The position numbers and the translations under genes were made by a program. A stretch of 64,000 nt of DNA from a virus: the IMG/VR virus record IMGVR_UViG_3300038620_000126, positions 32,001 through 96,000 of that record, one strand, 5' to 3'. This document shows, one piece after another, positions 18,827-28,778 of this stretch. Each line of letters opens with the position of its first letter. Within the stretch, counting starts at the first letter, position 1. The notes below the pieces were generated by a model. It had not been told where the DNA came from, did not search any database, and saw only the letters and a list, made by a program, of their open reading frames with translations.

Positions 18827-20630
18827 CACCAGCATCAGATGTTACGTCGAACGTAAGATAAGAAGTTTCTGGATACTTACCTGCCTCCGTGATAGCAGCG
18901 CGAGACTTAACTGCAATCTTTGGAGCCATAGTACCTTCAGCAATAGTGCTAATCGATTCTGCCATAAGGTATGGCATAAACTTAATTCCAGGTTCTTCAT
19001 CGCTTCCCTTACGCATAACGCAAACGCGAGAATCATTCCACTGCATGTTAGCATCACTATAAACAGTAACACCGAATACAGTACCATGAGGACTTACACT
19101 TGAGTTAGCTTGATCAAATGTATTTTGGAAGCTTGATGGCATGTAACCAGCAACATCTACCATACTCTGAGTTAAACGTCCACTCATAACAGCGCAATTA
19201 CCAGGTCCAATACGGTTGCGGTGATGCAAGAAACTTGCAACAGCACCAATGGTTCTTGGAATTCTCCGTTGAATGGTTTCTTGGTTTTCATACAAGGTTG
19301 TGGTACCAGTGAAACCCAAAGCGTTTGCAGGTTGACCTGCACTAGTTGGGAACGTTGCTAGTGTATTATCTTTACCCGGGTAGGTTGAATAAACACCATT
19401 ATTACCAATGTGTAAGTTGAAGTCCGATCCTTCAGTTTTGTAACTGTTAATATGGTTAGTCCAACCTAGTGCCATTGCGCGTCCAATCAGTGCTTTACTA
19501 AAGCTTTGAGTAAGCTCATTAACACAAGCACTTTCAGACATACCAACAGCATCAATACCCCAAATGGATTGATAGTCTTGGATTTGTTCAGTCTTCAATG
19601 GTAAAGCAATTTGGAAAGTTTCTGCTTCTACCAAACGGCTGAACATTTCCATGCCCAGTTCGCGATAATAGGTATTTTCACCAGTTTCGCGACTCATTGG
19701 GGAAGCATATGGACCTGCGTTAGCACCACTTGCATTACTGTTTGTGTATTGGCCAGCTTCAAAACCTTCAAAGTTAAGAGTAAAATCATCATTGTCTTGA
19801 GAACCAGCACCACTAAATCCGGGAATGTGGTTAGTAAGTGCAGTTGCCAGTTCTGCTCTAACGCCACCAAGCGCATTACTATCAGCAACAACACTACCAC
19901 CACTAGTCGGATCAAACAACCGATAACTTGTAGTGGTTCCCGTAAATACATCACTAATAGCCAAATTACCTGCGTTATTAGTGTATTGCACACGGAAAAT
20001 TGGATCAGGAGTAATACGATGCTTACCTAAGAAAGTCAAGGTCATAACTGTTTGGTTACTACCACTGCTTTCTTGAACTTCGTATTGCCGACCTTTAACC
20101 AAGCTATCAATAGTGCTTTGAGAAAGGTTATTGACAGCAATAACATAAGGAGCATTTTGTTTGCCCTGACCACGAATTTGACCACCAGCATAATTGTACT
20201 CTAGATAAGGCAACATAATTGCAGGCTTATCCATAGGGATAACAGGGAAAAGATCAAAAGCTGGTGTTTCAGCAGCAACCTGAATTGATACAGGAAGGGC
20301 AGCAGGGAAAACATCACCAGACCCCGTGTTACCACGATAAAACACATTTTGTGTAGAACCTTGTGGACCTGCAATTGAATTACCAGCACCATATTGTGCG
20401 GGGTTTGAAGGAGCTTGAACAGCACCAATACCATTAACATTACCCAAGGAAGCAGAAGTTTGACCAGCTTCGTTCAAAGGACCCATTGCACGTTTTGCAT
20501 GGTTATGGCAATATTGGTACAGCCACTGCCTACGGGATTCAGATAGTTGACTAGTATCAATGTTCATACTTTGCAACACTGGATCCCATGTTTCTTTTAG
20601 TTTTTGACTACTGAAGTCTTTAATAAACAT
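18810..20630 (-). CDS. gp23: Major capsid protein (T4 gp23-like)
   Basis: LKETWDPVL N-arm, LNE cleavage site, FPVIPMDKP, GIKFMPYL..TMAPKIAVKSR; follows prohead protease. Confidence 0.93.
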   Translation of the reverse strand: MFIKDFSSQKLKETWDPVLQSMNIDTSQLSESRRQWLYQYCHNHAKRAMGPLNEAGQTSASLGNVNGIGAVQAPSNPAQYGAGNSIAGPQGSTQNVFYRGNTGSGDVFPAALPVSIQVAAETPAFDLFPVIPMDKPAIMLPYLEYNYAGGQIRGQGKQNAPYVIAVNNLSQSTIDSLVKGRQYEVQESSGSNQTVMTLTFLGKHRITPDPIFRVQYTNNAGNLAISDVFTGTTTSYRLFDPTSGGSVVADSNALGGVRAELATALTNHIPGFSGAGSQDNDDFTLNFEGFEAGQYTNSNASGANAGPYASPMSRETGENTYYRELGMEMFSRLVEAETFQIALPLKTEQIQDYQSIWGIDAVGMSESACVNELTQSFSKALIGRAMALGWTNHINSYKTEGSDFNLHIGNNGVYSTYPGKDNTLATFPTSAGQPANALGFTGTTTLYENQETIQRRIPRTIGAVASFLHHRNRIGPGNCAVMSGRLTQSMVDVAGYMPSSFQNTFDQANSSVSPHGTVFGVTVYSDANMQWNDSRVCVMRKGSDEEPGIKFMPYLMAESISTIAEGTMAPKIAVKSRAAITEAGKYPETSYLTFDVTSDAGGVDFL

Positions 20631-20675
20631 AATTTTAGTTTTTTTTATTTTTTGTTTTTTTGCGTTTTTTTGTTT

Positions 20676-22982
20676 TTAACGCGAACGGTACTTTAGATTT
20701 TCTTTTAATAGTTTGAGACCATCTTCATATCCCAATTCATTAGTGCTTTGCTCTTGTGCACTTTCATAAATACCGTTGTTACGACTTAGTCCTTGAAAGT
20801 TTTGCGATGATTTTGATTTTGTATCATTCACAATTGAATTAGACTTCCAGAACTTGTTAATTTTGTTTTGAGAATCGAAATTCCAAATTTTTGCCTGATT
20901 GTGAATTTGATTACGTTCACTCTCAGATAAGTTGTTCCAAACATTTACATATTGCTTGGGCATATTTTTTATGTAGCTTGGGGCATTTTGATCGCTTTCA
21001 TAAACCCTTCTACAAACTTCATAAATTTGATTTGGGTGATAAACTTGATTCTTAGCAATCTCATCTGAAACAATTTGCTTTTGTGCACTGGACAATCCAT
21101 AGAAAAACTGTTTCTGATTTTCTGAAAGCATTCTAACAAATGGATATAGTTCATCAACTGATTCTGAATAATGCCTTGAATAAGTTTGATTTGCTGCTTC
21201 TAATGCATTATCTACAGTTTCATCAATACTTTCAATTTCAATTGAATCACCCAATTGATAGTGTTCCGTAATACCAGATTCATTCAGTGATTCTGCTATT
21301 GTTTCCGTATAATTAATGCTACTTTCAACACTAGGTTGTATTACATCTTCCATGTAACTTCCAATTGCTTCAATATTTTCTTTTAGTTTATCTGAATAAT
21401 TAATGCTACCTTCTAGGTATGGCTTAATTTCATCTTGTGTATAATCAATCAAATCATTAGTTCTTTCTGCAATGAATTCTGAATAATCTCTATTGCCTTG
21501 AATATTTTCACGAAGTTCTTCAGTATAATCAACAATGTGGTTTACATGTTCTGCAATGTTTTCGCTATAATTAATAGCACTTTCAACATTGGGGCGAAGT
21601 TCACCGTCCATATATTCACGGTTGTTGTGTATACCTTCTCTTAATTCGTTTTGGGTATAATCAATAAGTTGATTGGTTGTTTGACCAATAGCTTCGGTAT
21701 AACTAACTAGTTTATTGAATTTATTTTCAAGTGTATCAAAAGCATTTTTTATCTGCTTCGAATAGGCATTAATTTCATTTTTCAACTCTTTTATAGAGTT
21801 GTCATTTTCGAAAGTGTTGTTTTCTGCATAACCTGCAACACTATCAATTTTATTTTCAATATCTTCAAACGCTTCATTAATTTTTCTACTATGTTCTTCC
21901 AAATAGTTTGAAATTTGTTCAATTTTGCGTTGTTGATATGAATTTTCTGGAACTTTAGAACGTAGGTTTTTAATTTCTTTTTCTACATTTCTAAAATTTT
22001 TGTTGTGGGCTTCTGCGAGCCTGTCAACTTTTTGCTTTAATTTGTTTGTGGTTTTTTCAGTTTCGTAACCCATTTCTTTTAGTTTATTTTTTGTTTTATT
22101 TATTTCATTTGTTTTATTTATTTCATAATTTAAATTTTCTTCTTCAGATTCATATTCTTCATCTTCAAAGTTTTCTGATTCAAAGTTTATACGATCTATC
22201 ATTCTTTGAACCCTATTAACTTGTGATTCATTTAATGTATAGATAATTTGATTTCCATAGTCAGAATCCAAACCAAAATCTTCATTTATAATGGTAAGGT
22301 CATCTGCATCATTTACAACACCCAATCTTGGTTCATAGTCAAAGCTTGAATAAAGTGAACTATAGTTTTTATTGTTCTTTTCAGCAAGTCTTTGAAGTTG
22401 ATTATCAAGTGTTTTATAATATTCTCTATATTTTTGGCGGAGTTCTTCTCCCTCTTGAACTTGAGAAAGTTGAGCGCCCGAAAAACCGGGAACTGATACT
22501 AAATCATACGTAAAAATCTTTTTAATTTTTACTTTTTTATCATTTCCAACTTGACCTGCTGCTCTCGATGATATGTATAGCGGAACACCAGCATCAACTA
22601 AGTTTCTAGCCTGCTCCCCGTATATAGTGGGGAGTAAGCGAATTCTACCTTCAATTGTATTATTTTTCTTATTATACCAAACATTTTCAACTTTATGAGA
22701 TGCATTTTGAAGTGAAATATCAAAACCTTCTGGGTGATCCATTTCACCCAACAAAGCATTCTTTTTAGCCCTTTCTTGAAGTTGCCCTAACTGGTTTAAG
22801 TATTCCTGTTTTTCATAAATTCGATTATTATCGTTTTCTTTATCAAGTTCTGCAAAAGTACCTTCTAAAATGTAGTCTTTTGTCTTTTTATTTTCATTGT
22901 TACCTTCATTTACAAGCTCAATGTTAGAACTACTTTTTTCCAGTAAAAAAATCCATTGGTTATCATTTGTCTTATTAGACAT
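20676..22982 (-). CDS. gp21: Prohead protease (gp21-like) fused to long scaffold/core domain
   Basis: NDNNRIY, LLGEMDHP, ISSRAAG, TYDLVSVPGF; C-terminal repeated NxLIDYTxxE helices with many L/I-x-E sites. Confidence 0.9.
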   Translation of the reverse strand: MSNKTNDNQWIFLLEKSSSNIELVNEGNNENKKTKDYILEGTFAELDKENDNNRIYEKQEYLNQLGQLQERAKKNALLGEMDHPEGFDISLQNASHKVENVWYNKKNNTIEGRIRLLPTIYGEQARNLVDAGVPLYISSRAAGQVGNDKKVKIKKIFTYDLVSVPGFSGAQLSQVQEGEELRQKYREYYKTLDNQLQRLAEKNNKNYSSLYSSFDYEPRLGVVNDADDLTIINEDFGLDSDYGNQIIYTLNESQVNRVQRMIDRINFESENFEDEEYESEEENLNYEINKTNEINKTKNKLKEMGYETEKTTNKLKQKVDRLAEAHNKNFRNVEKEIKNLRSKVPENSYQQRKIEQISNYLEEHSRKINEAFEDIENKIDSVAGYAENNTFENDNSIKELKNEINAYSKQIKNAFDTLENKFNKLVSYTEAIGQTTNQLIDYTQNELREGIHNNREYMDGELRPNVESAINYSENIAEHVNHIVDYTEELRENIQGNRDYSEFIAERTNDLIDYTQDEIKPYLEGSINYSDKLKENIEAIGSYMEDVIQPSVESSINYTETIAESLNESGITEHYQLGDSIEIESIDETVDNALEAANQTYSRHYSESVDELYPFVRMLSENQKQFFYGLSSAQKQIVSDEIAKNQVYHPNQIYEVCRRVYESDQNAPSYIKNMPKQYVNVWNNLSESERNQIHNQAKIWNFDSQNKINKFWKSNSIVNDTKSKSSQNFQGLSRNNGIYESAQEQSTNELGYEDGLKLLKENLKYRSR

Positions 22983-23017
22983 AGTTTTATTTTTTCTTTA
23001 TTTATTTATTATAAAAT

Positions 23018-23041
23018 AAAAAAGCGGCTTTGTAGCCGCTT
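23018..23041 (-). terminator. Intrinsic terminator
   Basis: aagcggct-ttgt-agccgctt with adjacent A run. Confidence 0.75.
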
Positions 23042-23080
23042 AGAATTTGACTTTTAGTAAGTATTTCATTAAAGTGTTAA

Positions 23081-23479
23081 TTAATCATCATCTTCTTCAC
23101 CCAAACCATATCTATCCTCTAACTCTTCCGCTGCTCCTTCTATTCCATAACTATCTTTCATTTCAGCCGTTTCAATAACATGTTTCATAACTTTTTCTTT
23201 TAATGAACCACCATCTTTATCTTCTGCAGCATCTAACAGTGCCATTAAGTCATTTTCAAATTCTAAATCAAATTCATCTGCTGCATCTTTCATAGCATAT
23301 TCAAGTGCATCATCTTTTACATTGTCTGCCACTGCGTCTGCTATATCATCAATATCAAATTCGGAAAATGCTCTGTTAGAACTTAAATTAAATTCAAGTT
23401 CTTCATTTATCTTCTTTTTATTTTTTGAAATTTTATTTTCTTTGATAAATTCATTAAATGTAGGTAGTTTACTTCTCAT
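23081..23479 (-). CDS. Capsid-tagged highly acidic internal protein
   Basis: MRSKLPTFNEFIKEN...INEE then D/E-rich body. Confidence 0.8.
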   Translation of the reverse strand: MRSKLPTFNEFIKENKISKNKKKINEELEFNLSSNRAFSEFDIDDIADAVADNVKDDALEYAMKDAADEFDLEFENDLMALLDAAEDKDGGSLKEKVMKHVIETAEMKDSYGIEGAAEELEDRYGLGEEDDD

Positions 23480-23538
23480 AATTATTGTTTTTGTTATTTA
23501 TTTAATAAAAAAAAATCCCACTTCAAAAGTGGGATTTT
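23445..23538 (-). repeat. 94-bp cassette header copy A (terminator + late promoter + codons for MRSKLPTFNEFI)
   Basis: Two mismatches versus 24260-24353. Confidence 0.93.
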
Positions 23539-23580
23539 ATAAAATGTTTAATTTATTTTTGTAGTTTAGTAAAAACTTAA

Positions 23581-24294
23581 CTACAGTATAGTTTCCATCA
23601 TATTCTTAACATCTTTTTTGTTTTTAACAGGTTTATTGTAACCTGTAATTGCTTTAATATACTGTATAGAGTGTTTGTTATCAGGATCCAGTAAATCTTC
23701 AAGTCCAGGATCGCCCATTTTATATCTATTGTACAATTTACTTGAAAAATACATAAACGCATCACCAACTGCATTTTTTACTTTTGCTCTTATGGTGTTT
23801 ACTTTATCTTTTATAATGTTATCTACATCGGGTTCATTTTTTATTAATTTACTACTTACCTTTTTAACTGCATCATTAAGTGCAATAATAACTTCAGTTG
23901 CAACTCGTTTCTTAGCAAAGTCTTGAATAATACTTTCAACTTTATCTTCATTATCACCAAAAATTTCAGGCTTTGTTTTTTTATGCCGTTTTGCAATACT
24001 CTCAAAGAGATCGTTAAAAAAATCTATTGTTACTTTTTCAGTAAAGCTTTTAATAAGGTCATTCAATTTTTCAACTTTGTCTTCAGATCCACTTCTTTTA
24101 ATTCTAGTTACTTCATCTTTATAAACTGATAATAAAGATACGTCACCAGAATCAAGTGACTGTAACATATGCTTTGGTGCATGTTTTAGTAATGGATGAT
24201 TAACTGCATCTTGTATAACATCTGGCATATCACTTTTAGCCATGTTTTGATTTTCAGTAATAAATTCATTAAATGTAGGTAGTTTACTTCTCAT
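23581..24294 (-). CDS. Capsid-tagged helical internal protein
   Basis: MRSKLPTFNEFITEN; body unrelated to neighbour. Confidence 0.8.
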   Translation of the reverse strand: MRSKLPTFNEFITENQNMAKSDMPDVIQDAVNHPLLKHAPKHMLQSLDSGDVSLLSVYKDEVTRIKRSGSEDKVEKLNDLIKSFTEKVTIDFFNDLFESIAKRHKKTKPEIFGDNEDKVESIIQDFAKKRVATEVIIALNDAVKKVSSKLIKNEPDVDNIIKDKVNTIRAKVKNAVGDAFMYFSSKLYNRYKMGDPGLEDLLDPDNKHSIQYIKAITGYNKPVKNKKDVKNMMETIL

Positions 24295-24353
24295 AATTAT
24301 TGTTTTTGTTATTTATTTAATTAAAAAAAATCCCACTTCAAAAGTGGGACTTT
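24260..24353 (-). repeat. 94-bp cassette header copy B
   Basis: Matches 23445-23538 at 815-bp offset. Confidence 0.93.
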
Positions 24354-24356
24354 AAA

Positions 24357-25019
24357 TTATGGATTTAACCGTTTTCCGATTTCAATAGCAGAACGTTTTT
24401 CTGACATTGAAAGTCCACTGATAGTTATTAGCCTTTCGTTAGGAATAATGGATTCGAATATAAAAGGACGGTTATTTACTGTAGAATGCATTTTTCCATC
24501 TTTACCGAATTTTGGGTAACCTACTTCTTTAATAACGCCCTTTTTACCTCTACCCGGATAACCATCTCGACACTCATTAGTGCTAATTAGGTAATATTTA
24601 CCTCCAGCGTCAGCAAAAGCTACAGAATCTTGTTTAAAGTATTCACCCAGTTTTGTTAAGGTATCTAGTAAATCTCCCGTATTTTCCTTATCAACTACAA
24701 AAAAGGATTCTTCTAATTCTTCTGGTTTTTCGTCCTTTTTTGGAGGATAATTTTTATAAAAAAGTCCTTTAATTGGCGTAACACCATAGTTCAAATACAA
24801 TAGCCTTTGTTTTAGTGTTGAATTGCGGATTTTATTTTCTTCTTTTGTATAGGGATCTCCACTTTGACAATCATCAGTTTCACGAAACGCGGTTATAACA
24901 CCGGTATCGTGATTTTTATAGTGTGTCCACAACCTAGATAATCCTGATTCGTTAATCTGATCAGATTTGCTAATTTTCTTTGCCATTGTAACGCTGTTTT
25001 TTTGATTCAATCGACTCAA
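24357..25019 (-). CDS. SAM lyase (T3 SAMase)-like protein; true start possibly ATG at 24986
   Basis: ITAFR..ENKIRN..L..G-x-F..EESF..LG..FKQDSV parallels T3 SAMase VSAFR..N..R..GCY..EE..EQDCV; INE/S processing site. Confidence 0.55.
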   Translation of the reverse strand: MSRLNQKNSVTMAKKISKSDQINESGLSRLWTHYKNHDTGVITAFRETDDCQSGDPYTKEENKIRNSTLKQRLLYLNYGVTPIKGLFYKNYPPKKDEKPEELEESFFVVDKENTGDLLDTLTKLGEYFKQDSVAFADAGGKYYLISTNECRDGYPGRGKKGVIKEVGYPKFGKDGKMHSTVNNRPFIFESIIPNERLITISGLSMSEKRSAIEIGKRLNP

Positions 25020-25100
25020 CTGTTAAACATTGTTAAGATCAAACAAGTTCCATGAACTATCCAAGATTGATGAGTTTATGCTTCATTTTATAAAAACAGT

Positions 25101-25682
25101 TCAATTAACACCAAGAACTTTTTTGATATCCTTAACAATTTTTTTAACTTTTTTGGGAACCTCTATTTTAATTTTGTCAACATCTAATTCACGTTCTACC
25201 TTTGCTGCTGTGTTTGTGTATAAAGTTTTCATTGTTTTAATATTTTTGTTAAGTTTACTGGAATTCACTGCTTCTGATGCTTCATCAGGATCAACAACAT
25301 TAATAAAAACTTCATAAACGTTTTCATTTTTATGATAAATAACTTCACTATAAAGAGCTGCTTTCTTTTTTTCAATTTTATCTAAAAACTCTTTTACTTT
25401 ATCACCTTTAGATGATTCATCAATTAACTTTTTCGTTGATTTTTGAGAAAGAATTCCAACATAGCTGTATGCATGTTTGTTTCGCTCAAGTCTTAAATTT
25501 TCTTTTTCAACAGTTTTAATTTTGTATTGTTCTTCATAAATATTTATAATACTTCTCATAATTAATGAAGCAAATTCTTCTGTAGGTGCTTTCATATTTG
25601 TAAGCACGCTATCATAAAGACCTTCTTTAACATTTTTATTTTCTTTAATAAATTGACTAAATGTAGGTAGTTTGTTTTTCAA
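25101..25682 (-). CDS. Capsid-tagged basic internal protein
   Basis: MKNKLPTFSQFIKEN; late promoter; TTG start. Confidence 0.78.
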   Translation of the reverse strand: MKNKLPTFSQFIKENKNVKEGLYDSVLTNMKAPTEEFASLIMRSIINIYEEQYKIKTVEKENLRLERNKHAYSYVGILSQKSTKKLIDESSKGDKVKEFLDKIEKKKAALYSEVIYHKNENVYEVFINVVDPDEASEAVNSSKLNKNIKTMKTLYTNTAAKVERELDVDKIKIEVPKKVKKIVKDIKKVLGVN

Positions 25683-25694
25683 AGCTGTTTTTTT

Positions 25695-26216
25695 TTATTT
25701 ATTTACTAGGAAAAATTCTACTGCATTTTTATAGTCTTTAGGAACAGAATTTTCAATTGTATCATGTATCCATTCCGATGCAAGCCATGTTAAAATTACT
25801 ATTTTTACTTCAGATTTAGTTAGTTCTTCAAATTTCATTTTTCCCTTTTCAGTTTTAAAAGTTTGATTATAATCTATTATTTCATTTTTTATGTAAATGT
25901 AAAAATCTTTAATTTTATTTCTACTAACTTCATATTTTTTATCAACTCTTTTTCGCATTATATCGTCTATTTCACTAAACATGTAGTCAAACGCCTCGCT
26001 GGGTTTTGGTAACTTTGAATCTTTTTTGTAGGTTTTTCCGTGTTTTGTTCGCTGCTTTTCTTTCATATGTTCTATATCATCAATAACAATAGAAGCGGTT
26101 TCTCTTAATCCACGTTTTATAAATCTTTTACTTTTATTTGTAATGTTAAAGGGGTTATCGTCGTATTCAAACGCTTCAAATAAAAATTCAGAAAAAGTTG
26201 GAATAAAGCTTGACAT
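25695..26216 (-). CDS. Capsid-tagged internal protein
   Basis: MSSFIPTFSEFLFEA; late promoter. Confidence 0.78.
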   Translation of the reverse strand: MSSFIPTFSEFLFEAFEYDDNPFNITNKSKRFIKRGLRETASIVIDDIEHMKEKQRTKHGKTYKKDSKLPKPSEAFDYMFSEIDDIMRKRVDKKYEVSRNKIKDFYIYIKNEIIDYNQTFKTEKGKMKFEELTKSEVKIVILTWLASEWIHDTIENSVPKDYKNAVEFFLVNK

Positions 26217-26243
26217 TCCTAGTTTTTCTTATTTATTTAGAAC

Positions 26244-26837
26244 GTGAAACCAAAGCACATCGGTTTCTGTTCTTACAGTAGGAGGTTAAACATTAAACTT
26301 AGAAAAAAAATGAAAGACAACGTAAAAAAGTTCCAAAAAAAATCCGAAGCTCTAGATTTTATTGTTGGGGACAATTCCCTTTTCACAATTAAAAACATAA
26401 AAACGGGGAATCGCTTAACTTATAGGGTTAAGCGCCCCAAAAAAATTATTGATCAGAATAAAGAGCTTTACTTTGTTGAAGTTCTTAATTCTGAAAATTC
26501 GTATGAATATATTGGTTGCATGCAACTAAATCAAACCAATAATTTGTACTTTTTCAAACTAACAAAAAAGAGTCCTCGGCCATTAGATGATGCGGGTGTA
26601 AAGCCTATTCAGTGGCTTATAAAATACCTTCAAACAGACGGTAATGAACTTCACCCGTCATTGGAAATTTGGCACCACGGAATGTGTGGTAAATGTGGAC
26701 GGGAACTAACCGTTCCCGAATCCATAAAAGTAGGATTTGGACCACATTGCTATAAACTTGTTAAACCACAAGTTGAAGCAGAACTTAAATCTAAGCTCAA
26801 AAATTTGAGTAAAGAGCAAATAGAAACATTGCAATAA
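26244..26837 (+). CDS. DUF6011-like zinc-finger protein
   Basis: CGKCGRELTVPESIKVGFGPHC. Confidence 0.75.
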   Translation: MKPKHIGFCSYSRRLNIKLRKKMKDNVKKFQKKSEALDFIVGDNSLFTIKNIKTGNRLTYRVKRPKKIIDQNKELYFVEVLNSENSYEYIGCMQLNQTNNLYFFKLTKKSPRPLDDAGVKPIQWLIKYLQTDGNELHPSLEIWHHGMCGKCGRELTVPESIKVGFGPHCYKLVKPQVEAELKSKLKNLSKEQIETLQ

Positions 26838-28742
26838 TCAATTTCCCATCTTTCCAAAAAGCCCACCGTTTTCGCGAACATAGTTTCCAATCTTTTCTAT
26901 TTCGCCTCGGTGGGTTCTTTTATATTGCTCAGAAGTTTCTGCACCTTCAATTATACCATTGTGAATGGATTCAATATAATTTGAAGGTGTTTGACTGTAA
27001 TCCCGCTTTTCAATTCCATCGCCCCTGTCTTCAAATTCACCACGACTGGGGTTTGCTTGTTCACCAGCAAATTTTTCACTTGGTAATGTTCTATAAAGTT
27101 TACCAGTTCCTCGGTTAAACATAGATTGAATTTCGGCGCCATCTCGTGGTCTTCCATGTGCAAGTTCAACTTGTACACTCATTGATGTTGGAAAATCTTC
27201 AGCCCCCAAATCATCTGAAAATTGAAATATAGCCTGTTCACAAATTAAGTTACCAATCATCATAATTGGATTCATTGGATTTCCAACAACTAAATGCCAA
27301 TTACCAACTGGATTACCAGATATTAGTGATGGTAAAATAATAGCGTCTGGACGAGACTTTGCACTTTCCATATCAAGAAACATTTTAAGCCCACCACCAA
27401 TCATGCTTTTAATTTTATTCATGGTTTCTTTGGGGTCTGAAGACGGATCAAACATTGCTTGAAGATCCGTTTGTATAGAATCCGCAATATTTGAAACATC
27501 AGAACTTAAGGTTCTAAAGTATTCTTGATAATCACCAGCATAAAAACTTGACCAATCACCAAGAAATGGAACTTGTGGAACATCAGGAAAAAATCTTACA
27601 TCACCACCCCACCAAGGTGCATAATCATAACACAAAGCCAACATATTAGCAAGAACATCAAGCATTCCAACTTTTGGACTGATATTACCTCCTGCTGTAA
27701 GATCAAATTGAAAATTAATTTTTAAATTTTGTTGTTCAAATTCAAGACCTTTTTGCCGCTTTTTTGTGTTTTTAATAACATTTACGGGGCCATAAACAGC
27801 ATTAGGATGGGTTTTTTCGTATGCATCTTTACCATAAATTTGTTGAGCCTTTTTTGATCTTTGTGCAAGATCGCCCGAACCAGATGCTTGTCCAGAATAA
27901 AATGCAGTAACAGTTCTCAATGCACCTGAATTCGAAACAGAACCTGGCAGATCCGAAAAACCCGGAATTTTACCATCCTCTTCCCATACGTCTGATTCAA
28001 TATCCTCCCAATTGTACTTAGTTGAAAATTGCATTATTTCACTCAACTTATTTTCAGTCTCTTCACCAAAATAAGTTACAGCTTTTGCAACAGGAGGCAT
28101 ATATTTAACACCTTGAATTTCTGCATTTTTGTTAGTTACTGTAACAGGGCCTAAAGCATCTGTTGTTGGGTAAAGAAATCTTCTTAGTGTTATTAATCGG
28201 TTGTTTGGTATTTCGCCAAAATATCTTGCATAAACAAAATCTTTAGGTTGATAAGCAAATATTGGCCCAACCTTATCACCAAGATTATCAGAGCTAAAAT
28301 AGTTTAATATATTTTTTAGTGTTGGTTCAACATATTCTGGTTTTTGTATATCATTACCAGCTTCTTCTGAAGTATTATTGGGGTTTAGAAAGAAGTCATT
28401 AATTGAATGATAAGCATTTTTATCTTTTGCAAGACTAAAAATAGCAAAGTTGTTCATCATTGCTTTGCCACCCTTTACAACTACTCTGCCTTTTGCACCA
28501 GAACCCGAAACTTGATTCTTTACATCATCAAGACTATTAATTTGAATTATTTTATAAACTTCACTTGAACCGTATTGTTCATATGCTCCCTCGAACACTT
28601 CTTCGGGTATAATTCGTGGATTGACTTCATTTTGAAGGTCTTCATAACTATCAACATTTAATGCATCCCCATTAACACCCGGAAATACTACAGGCTCAAA
28701 CGAACTATTGCTTTCTCGTGCTTGGCTAAGTGATCCCTGCAT
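26838..28742 (-). CDS. Conserved virion structural protein (baseplate hub/tube-initiator-like)
   Basis: Late promoter; IPNNRLITLRRF, WHLVVGNPMNPIMMIGNLIC, FPTSMSVQVEL tube-like strand. Confidence 0.55.
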   Translation of the reverse strand: MQGSLSQARESNSSFEPVVFPGVNGDALNVDSYEDLQNEVNPRIIPEEVFEGAYEQYGSSEVYKIIQINSLDDVKNQVSGSGAKGRVVVKGGKAMMNNFAIFSLAKDKNAYHSINDFFLNPNNTSEEAGNDIQKPEYVEPTLKNILNYFSSDNLGDKVGPIFAYQPKDFVYARYFGEIPNNRLITLRRFLYPTTDALGPVTVTNKNAEIQGVKYMPPVAKAVTYFGEETENKLSEIMQFSTKYNWEDIESDVWEEDGKIPGFSDLPGSVSNSGALRTVTAFYSGQASGSGDLAQRSKKAQQIYGKDAYEKTHPNAVYGPVNVIKNTKKRQKGLEFEQQNLKINFQFDLTAGGNISPKVGMLDVLANMLALCYDYAPWWGGDVRFFPDVPQVPFLGDWSSFYAGDYQEYFRTLSSDVSNIADSIQTDLQAMFDPSSDPKETMNKIKSMIGGGLKMFLDMESAKSRPDAIILPSLISGNPVGNWHLVVGNPMNPIMMIGNLICEQAIFQFSDDLGAEDFPTSMSVQVELAHGRPRDGAEIQSMFNRGTGKLYRTLPSEKFAGEQANPSRGEFEDRGDGIEKRDYSQTPSNYIESIHNGIIEGAETSEQYKRTHRGEIEKIGNYVRENGGLFGKMGN

Positions 28743-28778
28743 TTAACTTTTTTATATTTATTCTAATAACAAAAACAA

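Noticed and set aside
18798-20440. Overlapping ORFs within the MCP gene (18798+, 18842-, 19611+, 19694-, 20201-)
   Set aside because: Shadow ORFs from biased codon usage; no promoter/leader context or motifs
25030-25317. Plus-strand ORF 25030-25317 and similar short antisense ORFs (3144, 3328, 23322, 23675, 29632, 31609, 35391, 53539)
   Set aside because: Antisense to well-supported genes with no independent evidence
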